64,000 bases of DNA from Nitrosopumilaceae archaeon. GTDB taxonomy: Archaea > Thermoproteota > Nitrososphaeria > Nitrososphaerales > Nitrosopumilaceae. The DNA lies in the NCBI GenBank assembly GCA_965207375.1, contig CBDBMG010000003.1, positions 576,001-640,000 on the forward strand. Direction: 5' to 3'. A program made the translations under genes and the position numbers. Positions within the stretch are counted from its first letter, which is position 1. Each line of letters begins with the position of its first letter. The notes beneath the pieces are model-generated. The model had not been told where the DNA came from and made no database searches. It worked only from the letters and a program-made list of their open reading frames with translations. Below are positions 1 to 18,254 of this stretch, in pieces.

Positions 1-181
1 TATAGCATTAAAATGAGAATAAAATTAAAACCCACAATCACTTTGTGCAAGTGTGACTATATAAGGATTTTTTTAGGAAGTGCATCATTCTGATTTTCGC
101 TTTTTGGTTTCTTCATAAAATTTTGGGAGATCTCTTCGAAGAAGAAGGCCTAAATTCATGTACATACGTATGTATTTCCTT

Positions 182-2099
182 TAGGACGCAATAAACTTGG
201 ATAACCTGAGTTCGAACATTCATTAGTGAAAATTCACGAATCTTTCGAATTTACATGATATACATATCATGAACCACCGTAGGGATCCAACGAAAAATTG
301 TGAAAACACCCTAATAGAACGCATGCCAAAAACTATCTTTAAAACTTCCTTTGGTGTTGAAAAACCGCCCAAATCTTCTTTCAATACTCCTAAGACTATT
401 ACTGAAGTATAAAAAGCCTAGCTATATGGTATCTATATTTTTCATGTTGAAAATACCCCCATTTCTTCATCTTCTTCTTCTTCTTTCGCACGTCTACAGT
501 CTACACAAAGTCGAAACCACCAATAAAAACTACTGGCATTTCTTTAAAATACACCTACTCACGTCTGTGATATTTTAAAAAATTCATTTTCTTAAGGGAT
601 TGGAAGATATGAACCAAAACTTCCTCCATATAGATCAAGAAGCCATACGAACGCCCGTGGTGCATGTTCGAAAACGACTTCAACATTATGTGACCGATCT
701 TATTGACGCCATACTATCTGTAATAAGTGATTTTATAACTGAGCAACGTATTTCAGCTATTGATTTCAACCCTTTATTTTCATTGCTAGAAAAATGACTA
801 AGTCCGCGTCATATATAACACTAAGTTTTCCAAGATAAGCACTTTAATTAGAAAGCACCACGTTGTCTGAGTAGAAGTAGATGTTGACACATTGGATCTA
901 TCCATTCAAACGAAAGTGCTATTGTGTGCTGTGTTAATTGTTGTATTTTGTATTTAAGTTATTAAACCAGGCGCGTGCATGCTTTTGTCCAGGAAGTAGG
1001 TATGTGTGCCGCGCCGTTGTATGTGTGTGTGTGTCCGCCCCGGAACCACTTACGTGAAATTAAGCCTGAATAGCCAATCAAACAAATCCTACTGCTTTTC
1101 AATTTCTTTGTAAGGTACTTGTTATCGATACTATTGATGGGCGGGGCCTTAGTAACGAAGTGCGTCGTGAGTTACTGCCAAAGCAGAGCAAGGTAACACT
1201 GTATTTGCTGTTCATTACACGGTAAAAGCCGTTTAACCAGCTGTACATTACTAACAAGACGGAGTGCTTCAGTTTTAAAAGTGGGCGTGCCATGTGGCTT
1301 GCGCGAAGCTCATAAAACAAGACTGGCCTATATTGTTACACTGATGCGTGTAAACAGGCCACTAGGGAGGCTTATGAAAGCAACACTGAAAAAAGGAGGC
1401 TGCCAGAAAGGCTTATAATGCTAATAGTAAATATAAATAAAGGATACATAGTTGTTCATACATTTCATATGCAGGTGTCACTGTCCAGCAATGGACATGA
1501 AAAAACTGAAGAAACTAGTAAATTTAAAAAATTGTTAATTTCAAAAAGGAGAATAGGGATCCTGAAAATACTACCTAAATAAGGTGAAGATAGTGAGAGT
1601 TTGTGATTTTATTATATTTGAGATCCCTATTTTGACTGTTGAAATCATATGGCTATGTAGCTGACCATACCACTGTCAAAATAGGGATATCAAATATAAT
1701 AAAATCACAAATTCTCACTATCTTCACCTTGTTTATATAGTTTTTTCAGGATCCCTATTCTCCTTTTTGAAATTAACAATTTTTTAAATTTACTAGTAGT
1801 GTATATAGATTACAGTTAAACTTTACTAGCTTAATCAAAATAGACATCAGCTTAAATCAAAGCAATAAATCATGTGATTAAACTGTGTTTTCTATGAAGA
1901 AATATCATTTAGCTACATTCCTAGTCTCACTAGAAACACTTTCTTCAGATGACATATTCACTAACAATGGAAATTATTGTACTCCTTTCTGCATATTATG
2001 GTTTTTGTATAATTCGAATTACTCAATCCACATTCAAATGTTCATTCATTCGTTCATTCGAACGAACATTCAAATACAGCTAAGTTCATTTGGGCCCTA
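182..2099. mobile_element. hAT-like MITE interrupted by a nested HINE-like element
   Basis: TAGG...CCTA termini (taggacgcaat / atttgggcccta), perfect 8-bp TSD ATTTCCTT at 174-181 and 2100-2107, subterminal 'ttcgaa/cattcatt' motifs. Confidence 0.75.
265..1797 (-). mobile_element. Helentron/HINE-like non-autonomous element, family A, copy 1
   Basis: Inverted copy of 6921-8496; 284-bp terminal palindrome at 1514-1797; sub-TIR tagggatcc; 3' hairpin partly deleted (tatcatgaaccacc-gtagggatcc). Confidence 0.75.
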
Positions 2100-2861
2100 A
2101 TTTCCTTACCTTATGGGAACCTTACTTTCAATGTAGTTTCATGTTTCTTCTGTCTCCTACGATACATTTAATGTATTGTAGACTGTTAATATGTATCACA
2201 TATGGTATTTGCATCGGAGAATCAAAGATGTACGTAAAGCATGCTAGCCAAGTCAAAGCAAGTGGCAACTGCACAACAGTAAACAACATTTCCCTCCCAC
2301 CAATCACTAACAGCCCTGAAGATACGTATGTTATGGAGATGTGTAAATGTTGGATACTATTTCCATGTACTGTACGTAATCCCTAAAATACTATTGTATG
2401 TACTTCAGTTGATATAATTTTTTAAAACTGTAATTGCATATTTCACGTTCCAACTCAATCATATGTATTGCAATCGCCATTTAGAAATGCAAAAGGATGC
2501 TTCATACGTATACCAATTAATCATTTTCTAAATTGTTGGTTTTTAGCTACAATGTACTCTTCTCATGCAGATTAAGATTTAGTGATTCATTATATGCATT
2601 AAATGAAATACGTTGTGGTTGACTATGGTTGATTGCACCATTGATTTAAGTTTGAAATTAAGTTTTGATTGATGTATACGTAGTTTAATCTTACAACCCT
2701 TTGAATTATCTGTGCAAAACCTATTGCTCATGTGACATATCCCCCCTCCTCTGACTGTACTTAAGGATTAAATTGAGAGAAAATATTTATTAATTACAAA
2801 ATAGTTAAATTTATACACCCTACTAAGATTTTATACTGTATGATGGTTTGTCAGTTTTAAG

Positions 2862-3188
2862 TAAGGGTCAAACAAATATTTGGACTAATATTAGTTTTGA
2901 ATGCAAAAATAGGCAACCAATTATTCGTTTGCTGTTTTCAGTGGTGTGTTGAACAAATTTAACTAAATTTAATAAGATTTCAAATAACAATTTACAATTT
3001 ATGCTAATTTTAAGGCAGCTTATCATCATTTCAGCAGTACTAAGTGAGGCAGTAGTCATCAGTCAACTTATTTTATCAAAAAATACTGCCATTTTACTGT
3101 CTCTTATATTAAATTGAATATTCGGATTATTTGTTTGAAAACTAAAAGATATTCGAATGCTTTTAAATCACTATTCGTTTGAGTCTTA
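2862..3188. mobile_element. hAT-like MITE
   Basis: TIRs taagggtcaaac / gtttgagtctta; 8-bp TSD GTTTTAAG on both sides; empty site in the paralogous unit near 6535-6545. Confidence 0.85.
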
Positions 3189-3858
3189 GTTTTAAGGCAT
3201 TCTTTGGTATGAAACCCATCAGCATCTCCAGTACAGTGCAGTGTATTTTACTTTCATTGTTTTCCTTAAAATACAATTGACTACAGTGTGTATGTATTAC
3301 ATGTTTGTGGTGAGGATAATCATCATTTTATGACATTATACACATAAGTAATACTGTACCATGTTTCATGAGTATCACAACATCACTGCCACTACTGTAT
3401 GTTTGAGTTTTGAACTTTTTAACTGCTTAAATGTTGACAATGTGAGATGATAAGATAGTTGTGATCATTGGGTAGTAACTATAGCATTAAAATGAGAATA
3501 AACTAAAACCCACAATTACTTTATATAAGTAAGACTATATAAGAACCTGTTCAATCTTAACAAATGAAGGATTCCTCAATGATTGCGATTGAATTTAAAA
3601 TTTTTGGAAGGCCTCTTCCTAGAGAAGAAGGCCTACATAAGTACAAAGATGAGTAATATTTGTGTATATTTGTGTGACTGGATTTGCTAAAAGCTGGTGT
3701 TGGCATGCACACAATAACCAGGCACACCTTTCACAACTACTTGATAAGTCAATTGTTTGTTTGTACATAGGTACATACATATGTATGTATGTATGTATGT
3801 ATGTATTTACGTATGTATGTGTGTGTGTATGTATGTATGTACGTATGTATGTAGGTAT

Positions 3859-4201
3859 TAGGGCTCAAACGAATAGTATATTTTGATATTCGAATATTTA
3901 ATTTTTCAAACAAATATTCCGAATATTCTTTTACATATATACGTAAGTGGTAAAATGATACTACTTTCAGTTGATTTATGACTCCTACGTATCTCACTCA
4001 TAGTGCCTATAATGAAGGCAAATTACTCAAAAATCTTGATGTTAAACATTGATTATTATGTACAGTGTGCTATCCATTAAACCAAGGTACCCAAAAATTC
4101 TCACTGTAAACAATAAACGAATATTTGGTTGACTATTTTTGAATACAAATAATGGTAAAATGAATATTAATCCGAATATTCAAATATTTGTTTGAGCCTT
4201 A
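3859..4201. mobile_element. hAT-like MITE, same family as 2862 and 50920
   Basis: TIRs tagggctcaaac / gtttgagcctta; degenerate 8-bp TSD (gtaggtat/gtatgtag); absent from the paralogous unit near 13180. Confidence 0.75.
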
Positions 4202-4595
4202 GTATGTAGTATGTACATATGTACAGAAATTTAATTGTATTGTGATTTAAAACACCATCGAGTATGGAGTTATGCTACACGATAATATCACCAATTAGTT
4301 TAAGGATGTTATTTTAGATTAGTAAATTTTTGACAAGCTATAGCTATATTTCTAAATATCATGTATTTACTCAAATTTCAATAAAAAGCTATAAATATAC
4401 TTTAGTGAAAGATATTTCACTTGGTGATGTTGTTTATTTAAATATGATAGGAGGAGTAATGTATGGTACAGCTCAAAGGCAACTTGATGCCCACACGTAG
4501 CATCGATAGCAAGTGCTATACAAAGAAACTGAGAAGCAGTAGGACTTGTTTGATTGGCTATTCTGAATTCATTTTATGTGTATGGCTTTAATAGT

Positions 4596-4693
<98 letters not shown>

Positions 4694-5940
4694 GCATACC
4701 AACTTCCTGAACAAAAGAAATTTATAGAAACCAGGTGCATATCTTGTTTGCCTAAGAGTAATGCTATCGTATTGTATAGCCACGTATGTATATTATACTG
4801 TAGATACACCTGTACCAGTATAGTGACATCACTGCCGTTACTGTATGTTTGATTTTAACTGTTGATAATGTGAGGCGATAAGATAGTTGTGATCATTGTG
4901 TAGTAACTACAGCATGAAAAATGAGAATAAACTAAAACCCACAATCACTTTGTATAAGTAAGACTATATAAAGACCTGTTAAATCTTTATAAAGTTAACT
5001 CTTTACTAAGTGCTAAGACCATATAATTCCTAAAAAATTTTTGGAAGGCCTCTTCCTAGAGAAGAAGGCCTACATAAGTACAAAGATGAGTAATATTTAT
5101 GTATATTTGTGTAACTGGATTTGCGTAAAACTGGTGTTGACACACACACAATAACCAGACACACCTTTCACCACTACTGATAGGTCAATTGTATATATTA
5201 TTTGTTTGTTTGTACGTAGGCACGTACGTACGTATGTATGTATGTAATACTATATAAAGATTTGCTAAATTTTAAGGAAATGCAATTCCTATTTTCTGTT
5301 TCTTCATAAAATTTTTTGGGAGATCTCTTCGAAGAAGAGGGGCCTAAATGCATGTACATACTCCTTATGAGAACCACCAGTTACATAGTTTACTTTCAAT
5401 GTAGTTTCATGTCGCTTCTGTCTCCTAACAATATGTACATCTAATGTAGGTGCATATGTAGACTGGTTATAGCATATAAATTATGGTATTTACATGGGAG
5501 AATCAAAGATGTACGTAAGGCGTGCTAGCCAAGTTAAAGCAAGTGGTAACTGCCCAACAGTAAACAACATTTCCCTCCCAGCAATCACTAACATCCCTGA
5601 AGATACGTATGTTATGGAGATATGTAAATGTTGGATACCATTTTTCCATGTACATACTATACGTAATCCTTAAATTACTACTGTACTTCAGAGGAGGGCT
5701 GACACGACTTGATCAAAAGTATTGCAATTGCTATTTAGAAAGGCAAAAGGATGCTTCATACGTATACCAATTAATCATTCTCTATATTGTTGGTTGTTAG
5801 CTACAATGTAATCTTCTCATGCAGATTAAGGTTTAGTGATTCATTACGTGCATTAAAAGGAAACCATGAGGTTGACTGGAGTTGATTGCACCATTGATTG
5901 AAGCTTAGAATGAACTTTTCAATTGATATATATGTATGTT

Positions 5941-6344
5941 TAGACCCTTTTGTGATAAATTATCTATACATTTTGGAGTGTTCTAAATCACTTAGACCCT
6001 TTTCATGTTTACTTAGACTCTTTTCATGTTTATAAATTTACAGGTGTTTTGATTAGTTTAAATAATTAGCAATAAACTTTGGCTAAAGGTGAATGTTAAA
6101 AAAGAAATGTTTACCAGGTGATACTATTACTAATGACTGCTACATTTTCCCATTGTTTAGTTGTTACAAGCAGCTGCAAAGGTACAATAACCCAAAAGGG
6201 TCTAAATTAGTTAAACCTCAAAACCTATCAGTCTATGTAATTTATAACCCTCAGGCCCATAGTAGCACCCTCACTTTGCTCAGGCACCACAGCACAGGGC
6301 CTTCGGTTTATAAATTCCGTAGACCCTCCGTTTTGAGGTTTAAC
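5941..6344. mobile_element. Two adjacent short inverted-repeat elements (TAG..CTA MITE 5941-6204; palindromic element 6210-6344)
   Basis: tagaccctttt / aaaagggtcta and gttaaacctcaaaac / gttttgaggtttaac; both missing from the paralogous unit near 2670. Confidence 0.65.
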
Positions 6345-6920
6345 CTATATATACGTATATTGTGTAGTTTAATCTTACAACCCTTTGAATTACCTGTGCA
6401 AAACCTTTTGCTCATGTGAACATGTCACCCCTCCTCTGACTGTACTTAAGGATTAAATGGAGATAAAATATTTGTTAATTGCAAAATAATCAAATTTGTA
6501 CCCTGCTAAGATTTTATTCTGTATGATGGTTCATCAGTTTCAAGGCATTCTTTGGTATGCAACCCATCAGCATCACCAGTGCAGTGCAGTTATTTCACTT
6601 TCATTGTTTTCCTTAAAATACAATTGACTATGTATTACATCTTTGTGGTGGGGATAATCATCATTCCATAACATCATACACTTACGTAATACTGTACCAT
6701 GTCTCATGAGTATCACGGCATCACTGCTACTACTGTATGTTTGAGTTTTGAACTGTTTAAGTGCTTAAATGTTAACAATGTGAGATGATAAGATAGTTGT
6801 AATTATTGTGTAGTAACTATAGCATTAAAATGAGAATAAACTAAAACCCACAATCACTTTGTATAAGTAAGACTATATAAGAACCTGTTAAATCTTAACA
6901 AAAGAGGCACTCTTATTCCT

Positions 6921-8496
6921 ACTAGTAAATATTAAAAAATTGTTAATTTCAAAAAGGAGAATAGGGATCCTGAAAAAACTACCTAAACAAGGTGAAGATA
7001 GTGAGAGTTTGTGATTTTATTATATTTGAGATCCCTATTTTGACAGTAGCTGAGAGTATGATCAACTATATATATCATTTCAACAGTCACAATAGGGATC
7101 TCAAATATAATAAAATCACAAACTCTCACTATCTTCACCTTGTTTAGGTAGTTTTTTCAGGATCCCTATTCTCCTTTTTGAAATTAACAATTTTTTAATA
7201 TTTACTAGTTTCTTTAGTTTTTTCATGTCCATTGCTGGACAGTGACACCTGCATATGAAATGTATGAACAACTATCTTTTACTATTCACGTAATAAATCT
7301 TTCTGACAGCCTCCTTTTTCTTTTCAGGGTTGCTCTCATAAGCCTCCCTAGCGGCCTCTTTACACGCATTAGTGTAACACTATAGGCCAGTCTTGTTTTG
7401 TAAGCTTCGCAACCCGAACGGCACGCCCACTTTTAAAACTGAAGCGCTCCATCTTGTTAGTAATGTACAGCTGGTTAAACGGCTTTTACCGCGCAACGAA
7501 CAGCAAATACCGCGTAACCTTGCTCCTGTTTAGCAGTAACTCACGACGCGGTTCATTACTAAGGCCCCTCCCATCAATAGTATCGATAGCAAGTGCATTA
7601 TAAAGAAACTGAAAAGAAGTATGACTTGTTTAATTGGTTATTCATGCTTTATTTCACGTTAATGGCTTTAATAGCCCGAGGAGCGGACACACACAGACGC
7701 GCGCACACAAAACATATTCCAGGACAAAAGCACGCGCGGTGGTTAAATATACAACAATTAACACAGCACACAATAGCACTTACCTTAGAATGGATAAATC
7801 CACTGTGTCATTGTCCTCCTTCAACAGTTCTGAACAACACTCAGCTGACAACGTGGCGCTTTCTAATTAAAGCGCCTTATCTAGGAAACCTTAGTGTTAT
7901 ATATGACGCGGAAAATAAAGGACTTAGTTATTTTCCTAGCGATGAAAATAAAGGGTTGAAATCAATAGCTGAAATACGTTGCTCAGTTATAAAATCACTT
8001 ATTACAGATAGTATGGCGTCAATAAGATTGGTCACATAATGTTGAGGTCGTTTTGGCACATGCACCACGGGCGTTCGTATGGCTTCTCGATCTTTATGGA
8101 GGAAGTTTTGGCTCATATCTTCCAATCCCTTTAGAAAACGAACTTTTTAAAATATCACAGACCTGAGTAGGGGCATTTTAAAGATACGCCAGCAGTTTTT
8201 ATTTCTGATTTCAACTTTGTGTGGACTGTAGATGCGCGAAAGAAGAAGAAGAAGAAGAAGAAAGAAGAAGAAGATGGAGAAATTGGGGTATTTTCAAAAA
8301 CATGAAAAATATAGATACCATATAGCTAGGCTTTTTATACTTCGGTAATAGTCTTAGAAGTATTGAAAGAGGATCTGGGCGGTTTTTTCAACAGCATAGG
8401 AAGCTTTAAAGATGGTTTTTGGCGTACGTTCTATTAGAGTGTTTACACAATTTTTCGTTGGATCCCTATCATGAACCACTACCGTGGTTCATGATA
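6921..8496 (+). mobile_element. Helentron/HINE-like non-autonomous element, family A, copy 2
   Basis: 5' palindrome 6921-7209; sub-TIR atagggatcc (6961) / ggatccctat (8460); internal (GAA)n; perfect 3' stem-loop tatcatgaaccac-tacc-gtggttcatgata at 8467-8496. Confidence 0.8.
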
Positions 8497-10513
8497 TGTT
8501 ACTATATGTTACTAAAAATTTTTGGAAGGCCTCTTCCTAGAGAAGAAGGCCTACATAAGTACAAATATGAGTAATATTTATGTATATTTGTGTAACTGGA
8601 TTTGCCAAAAGATGATGTTGACATACACACAATAACCAAACACATCTTTCACCACTACTTGATAAGTCAGTTGTATATTATTTGTTTGTTGGTACGTAGG
8701 GATGTACATATGTTTGTATGTATGTATGTAATACTATATAAGGAATTGGTAAATTTTAAGGAAATGCAATTCCCATTTTCTGTTTCTTCATAAAAAATTT
8801 TGGGAGATCTCTTCGAAGAAGAGGGGCCTAAATTCATGTGCATACATCTTATGACAACCACTAGTTACATAGTTTACTTTCAATGTAGTTTCATGTTTCT
8901 TCTGTCTCCTAACAATACATACATCTAATGTAGGTACATATGTAGACTGGTAAAAGCATATATGGTATTTGCATGGGAAAATCAAAGATGTACGTAAAGC
9001 ATGCTAGCCAAGTCAGAGCAAGTGGCAACTGCACAACAGTAAACAACATTTCCCTCCCACCAATCACTAACAGCCCTGAAGATACGTATGTTATGAAGAT
9101 GTGTAAATGTTGGATACTATTTCCATACTTCAGTTGACACAATATAATTCTGTAATTGCATACGTATTTCACGTTACAACTCAATCAAATATATTGCAAT
9201 CGCCATTTAGAAAGGCAAAAGGATGCTTTTTGGAAGACCGACTGGGTTAACAGGGAACTTCAGTGGCAAGTTTAACCCATGTTGGAAAGATAAATGGGTC
9301 CATCATATAGCCCATTCCACAACCAAGAGGTGAAATTTTCCCTTGAAGTCGCTGTTAACAAGCTAACTGCTAGTGGTCGGGAGTAAGGAGAACAGAAGCA
9401 TGCCAGCAGCGGCTATGAATTTCTATCGAAGTAAAGCAGAGGGGACTAGCTTACATAGCTCATTCAATTCTTACAAGTATTATGTCTTGTTACAAAGAAT
9501 AATTAGTGGATGTAATACATTTTAACATAACATATAGGAACAGAAACATACTTTTTGCCGGAAACGACTCACAAAAAGAACAAAAATAGTTCGATTTCTT
9601 CTCACATTGCTAATAGTACTTGCTTTAACAACTTGTGCACGCTTGACACAAACAAACTTAATAAAAACAAACGTTTAGATTCACTAGTAACCTGCTCTTG
9701 CTCGTCATAAAATGATATTTTGAAGATAACCAGGGTAGGTACTAGGCAAAACACGCATTGGTTTCTACAGACTCACGTTTTTACATAGAAACGTATTAGC
9801 TCGTGTGATCCGTTTCCAATCCTATTAAGTGTAATATATCTATGATTCTTACTATATAGAATTAATATACCAACATTGAAGTAAATAGGTGCTTCCATTC
9901 CTGAGTATCAGCCATTGCGAGTTTTATAGCGCTCGTTTTGCAACAACACACGACGAACCATCTGCCCCACCCATTTTTACTCGTTAATTAGAGAATTATT
10001 ATCTTCATTTAATGTAGAATCAGTAACCTGAATTTCATCAAAATTGGACCAGCAAGTCTTCTGATAAAGTCCTCCTTTCAGTAAAAAATTTTTATGCGAC
10101 AGTTGTTTTTTTTTCTTCTCCTTTCTTTTATTTTCATGACACACTTTACGAGGACTTGCGTGAACCACAGGAATTTATTTTCAGATTTTCATTTTCTGTA
10201 TCAACTTGTTTGTCTAATAACTCACTCATTCCTTCATTGATTTCAATCGAACGTTTCTCCTACGTATGTATACTGTACAACTCAAGCAATCCTCAGGGTT
10301 AAATAAATACATTGATGTACTGAAGAGAAACTTCTGCACAGCAGGACAAAAGTTGCTATAACTCGGTGAAAAATTAAATCATTTGCACAAAATTTCCGAC
10401 ACACAAACTACATTAATGTCTGAATTCTCACTAAAAGTTTAAAGAAATTGTGACGCATGAGTTTTTCAAACCTAAGCCTTAAACATTTGGTTCATATTAT
10501 TATGTGCAATATA

Positions 10514-10770
10514 ATATGTGACCCGGCATGAGAAAACCTGACTTATGTACACAAAATACACCTATTTATATTATAGTATGTATCTCCCTCACTGTTTAGT
10601 ATTTTTGAATTCTATAAGCTGCATGAGATTCCCTATGAAACCTCGCATAAATGGTGTAAATTTCATTAGACTCTAATGATTACTTATAAAGATGTTTAAG
10701 TTTGAAATCCAAATTTTTGGTCAAATTTTATGTGCACATAAACCCTGTTTTCTTATGCCGGGTCACATAT
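10514..10770. mobile_element. MITE of the 'atatgtgacc' TIR family
   Basis: TIRs atatgtgacccggcatgagaaaac / gttttcttatgccgggtcacatat; related ends near 23774, 24626 and 63362. Confidence 0.8.
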
Positions 10771-10874
10771 ACTGAACAAGATTTGTCACATTAATCAACT
10801 ACATGTCATCCACAATGCTCCTGGGCACCTTATTGAAAGTACATACAACAATTCATACAAGATAATAAAGTGGC

Positions 10875-11225
10875 TGTTAAAAAAACAAGTGAATGTAATC
10901 ATGTAAATGTATGCATGATACGTAGGTATGGCTGTCTCTTCCTTTCCTCCAGAACCTAGCTACGTATATACGTATAAGTGGGAGAATAGTACATGTTATT
11001 AGTGAAAAAAATAAGTAAATGTAATCATATAAGTGTATACATGATAGCTACGGCCATCTGCTGTAGCATCTTCCTTTCCTCCAGAACCAATATAAGTGGG
11101 AAAATATTAGTGAAAAAACAAGTGAATGCAATCATATACGTAGCTAAGTGTATGCATGATAGCTATGGCAGCATCTTCCTTTCCTCCAGAACCTATAAGT
11201 GGGAAAATAATACATGTTATTAGTG
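10875..11225. repeat. Degenerate tandem repeat, about 3 units of 105-125 bp
   Basis: 'aaaaaacaagtgaatg.aatcat...tcttcctttcctccagaacc...taagtggga' occurs three times. Confidence 0.8.
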
Positions 11226-13014
11226 CACATTATATATTTTACCTACAATTCTAGCTACTCTGGTAAAATCAGTATATAGCTACGTAGCTACGTACACTTT
11301 CTGTAATTGACAAATATATTACATATAACTACAAGACTCAAGAGGAATATTACAGTCCATAGTACTATAATATTCAAGTTTGTTTGTTGACACTTAAAAT
11401 TTAACTGCTCTGCATACTTTATATAACATTTCTTGTCAGGGCTTACTTATAACTAACATCAATACTTACAAAAAGCAGTGATATAAACACGAAGCCAATC
11501 AGAAGCAGCATTGTAGCTATAGTTATAAGCGACCAAAATCTCTGATATCAGGTAAGGCCAAGAAAATCCTTTTACTTGAATGATATACAATAGTTTACAG
11601 CTTGGCATTTTCACAACTATGATTGGCTTTGTCACTTGGACACCTTTTTTGTACCATCATCATTTTTCTTCTGAAGATCACAAGTTGATGTTTTACCATC
11701 TAAAAATCTAAACTGCTATTTAATGTATTATAATAGTATTTAATGCGCATGAGCAAAGATTCATCACTAAGGAACACATAACAACACAAACAAATTTAAT
11801 TCTTTTGCTTTATACTCCAGTATTTTAGTGATAAAACTTAGTATTTTTATGCCGAAATTCTTACTGTAACACTATATAGGCCTTCTATAAGTTTCACAAC
11901 CCGCATGGCATGCCCACTTTTAAAACTGAAACGCTCCATCATGTTAGTAATGTACAACTAGTTAAACTGTGGAATGAACGGCAAATACAGCATTACCTCT
12001 TCTTTGGCAGTAACTCACGATGTGCTTCATTACTAAGACCCCATCCATCAACCATCAGTAGTATTGATAGTGAGTGCTATATAAAGAAACTGAGAAGCAG
12101 TAGGATTTGTTTGATTGGCTATTCTGACTTCATTTTATGTGTATGGCTTTAATAGCCTGGGGGTGGACACACAGACACACAGACACATACACACCACACA
12201 CACATACACACACACATACACACACACACACACATACACACACATGCACACACGTACGCACGCACGCATACCAACTTCCTGAACAAAAGAAATTTATAGA
12301 AACAAGGCGCATATCTTGTTTGCCTAAGAGTAATGCTATATTGTATAGCTACGTATGTATATTATACTGTAGATACACTTGTACCAGTATAGTGACATCA
12401 CTGCCACTGTTGTATGTTTGAGTTTTAAATGTTGACAATGTGAGATAATAAGATGTTGTGATCATTGTGTAGTAACTATAGTGAGAATAAACTAAAACCC
12501 ACAATCACTTTGTATAAGTAAGAACCTGCTAAATCTTAACAAAGTGTGGAAACTAAAACCCACAATCACTTTGTATAAGTAAGACTATATAAGAACCTGC
12601 TAAATCTTAAAGTGTGGATCTACACCAATGAGTTTTGACTAAAAATTTTTGGAAGGCCTCTTCCTGTAGAAGAAGGCTTATGTACATAAGTGCACTTATG
12701 TACATAAGTGCAAAGATGAGTGTGTACTTGTGTGACTGGGTTTGCCAAAAGCTGGTGTTGAGACACATAGTCACACACACAATAACCAGACACACCTTTC
12801 GCTACTACTTACGTAAGAGGTCAATTGTATATATTGTTTGTTTGTTTGTACGTAGGTACGTACATATCTGTATGTACTATTGTAGTATGTATGTACGTAC
12901 ATACGTGAGACACATGGTCACACACACACAATAACCAGACACACCTTTCACCACTACTACTTGAGAGGTCAATTGTATATATTGTTTGTTTGTTTGTACG
13001 TAGGTACGTATATA

Positions 13015-13200
13015 TCTATGTATGTATGTATGTACGTATGTATGTTTGTAGTATGTATGTACGTACATACGTACGTACATATGTATGTACGTATGTATGT
13101 GTATGTATGTATGTATGTATGTATGTATGTATGTATGTATGTATGTATGTATGTATGTATGTATGTATGTATGTATGTACGTATGTATGTACATATGTAT
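13015..13200. repeat. (TATG)n / (TACG)n microsatellite
   Basis: Direct inspection. Confidence 0.95.
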
Positions 13201-14136
13201 AGAAATTTAATTGTATCGTGATTTTAAAACACCATCAAGTATGGAGTTATGCATGCTCCACAATAATATCGCCAATTAGTTTAAGGATGTTATTTTAGTT
13301 TAGTAAAAATTTTTGACAAGCTGTACTTTTCTAAATATCAATAAAAAGCCATAAATAAACTTTGGTGAAAAATATTTCACTTGGTGATGTTGTTTATTTA
13401 AATACGATAGGAAGGGTGATGTACGTACGCAGGCAATTTGATGCCTGCATGCAGGTCACCGGTTGAACTTGCAAATGGGCATGGGAAAGGTGTGGGTGTC
13501 CATAACGTTCTTCATCAACCCGTAATTATATATAGTTCAATTATAATGTACTGGCCAGTTTTGTACCTTCTAGTTGTCATATCAGTCAGTTGTACTGCCA
13601 TACCTTGCTTGTAAATCGAGACAAGAATTAGGGTAGCTACGTAGTTGTTAACCAGGCGCGTGCCGGCCTTGGCTGGCACACGCCTGGTTTCTTAAAATTG
13701 CTTTTATCCAGAAAGTCGGTATGTGTGTGTGTGTGTGATATAGACAGACAGACACACATGCATACTGACTTCCCAGACAAAAGCAACTTCAAGAAACCAG
13801 CCATGCCCCAACACTCATTTATTTGCACCAAATATTTTCTGAAATATATTTTTCCTTGGAATAAAAAAGGACCACCAATTCAGTTCAGTGTGTAATATCA
13901 ATATACATAGTTACATCACCCTTTTTCTTCTATCAGTGGGAGCAATAAACTGTTAGCACATGTATTTGCATTCTGTGCACAGCAAGTTTATCTACGTACA
14001 TATGCATGTATGTATGGTATTGGAATATACGTACATACTCTTATTAAATTAGGTACACATCTGATTTCTTTAGATTGTTTTTTCCACAGTGTGTGTAAAT
14101 ATGTGTCCTGTGTGTGTCTGCATGTATCTGCATGTG

Positions 14137-14201
<65 letters not shown>

Positions 14202-14613
14202 ATGTGCGTGTGTGCCCCTAATACGTACCAATAATAACTGTACATAAAGTCAATTTTAATAACCGTTTAAGCAAGTTCTACCTATTGCTTACATGTTTAT
14301 ACTTGTCATTAATATTGTTAATGGATGTGGCCTAACTGGCTTAGTAACAAAGCATGTCATAAATGCCTACCAAAGAAGTCTTCATTTCATGCCACATAAG
14401 ATGCTTTTTAGCAGCAGTTGTATTAGTAACAAGACAAAGTACTTTAGTGGGGATGCAATGTGGGTTGTCTTCTTACTAGTTAATAAGTTCCATTTGATTC
14501 TTTGATGTTTTTTCTAAATCTATTATGTACACACACACATGCACACGCACGCACGCACACTTACACACACACACACTAGTAAATTGACATCTTCCTTTTC
14601 CTCATTAACACAG

Positions 14614-18070
<3,457 letters not shown>

Positions 18071-18254
18071 ACTAACGTAAATTAGTCTGACTACATGGTT
18101 TCTATTTAATGCCTGCATCAGTAATTAATGTAAGAATTGTACTGGTTGGTTTTAAGAGGTGCTGGTCACTTTTAAAGATCCTGATTGCTTTGTACCACTG
18201 CCGGCCAGTGTGGGAAGAACCTTGCAATTTTGCAAATGCATACATGTATGTACT

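Larger units (their letters stand above)
9845..11670 (-). mobile_element. Degenerate family B HINE-like copy with nested insertions
   Basis: Segments near 9845-9960, 10105-10480 and 11400-11670 resemble the reverse complement of 55700-57037 and the copy at 43555-44773. Confidence 0.6.

Noticed and set aside
600-797. Repeated 65-aa ORF (also 7928-8125) and repeated ORFs in family B copies
   Set aside because: Conservation is explained by recent repeat copies; starts are often non-ATG and no domain is recognisable.
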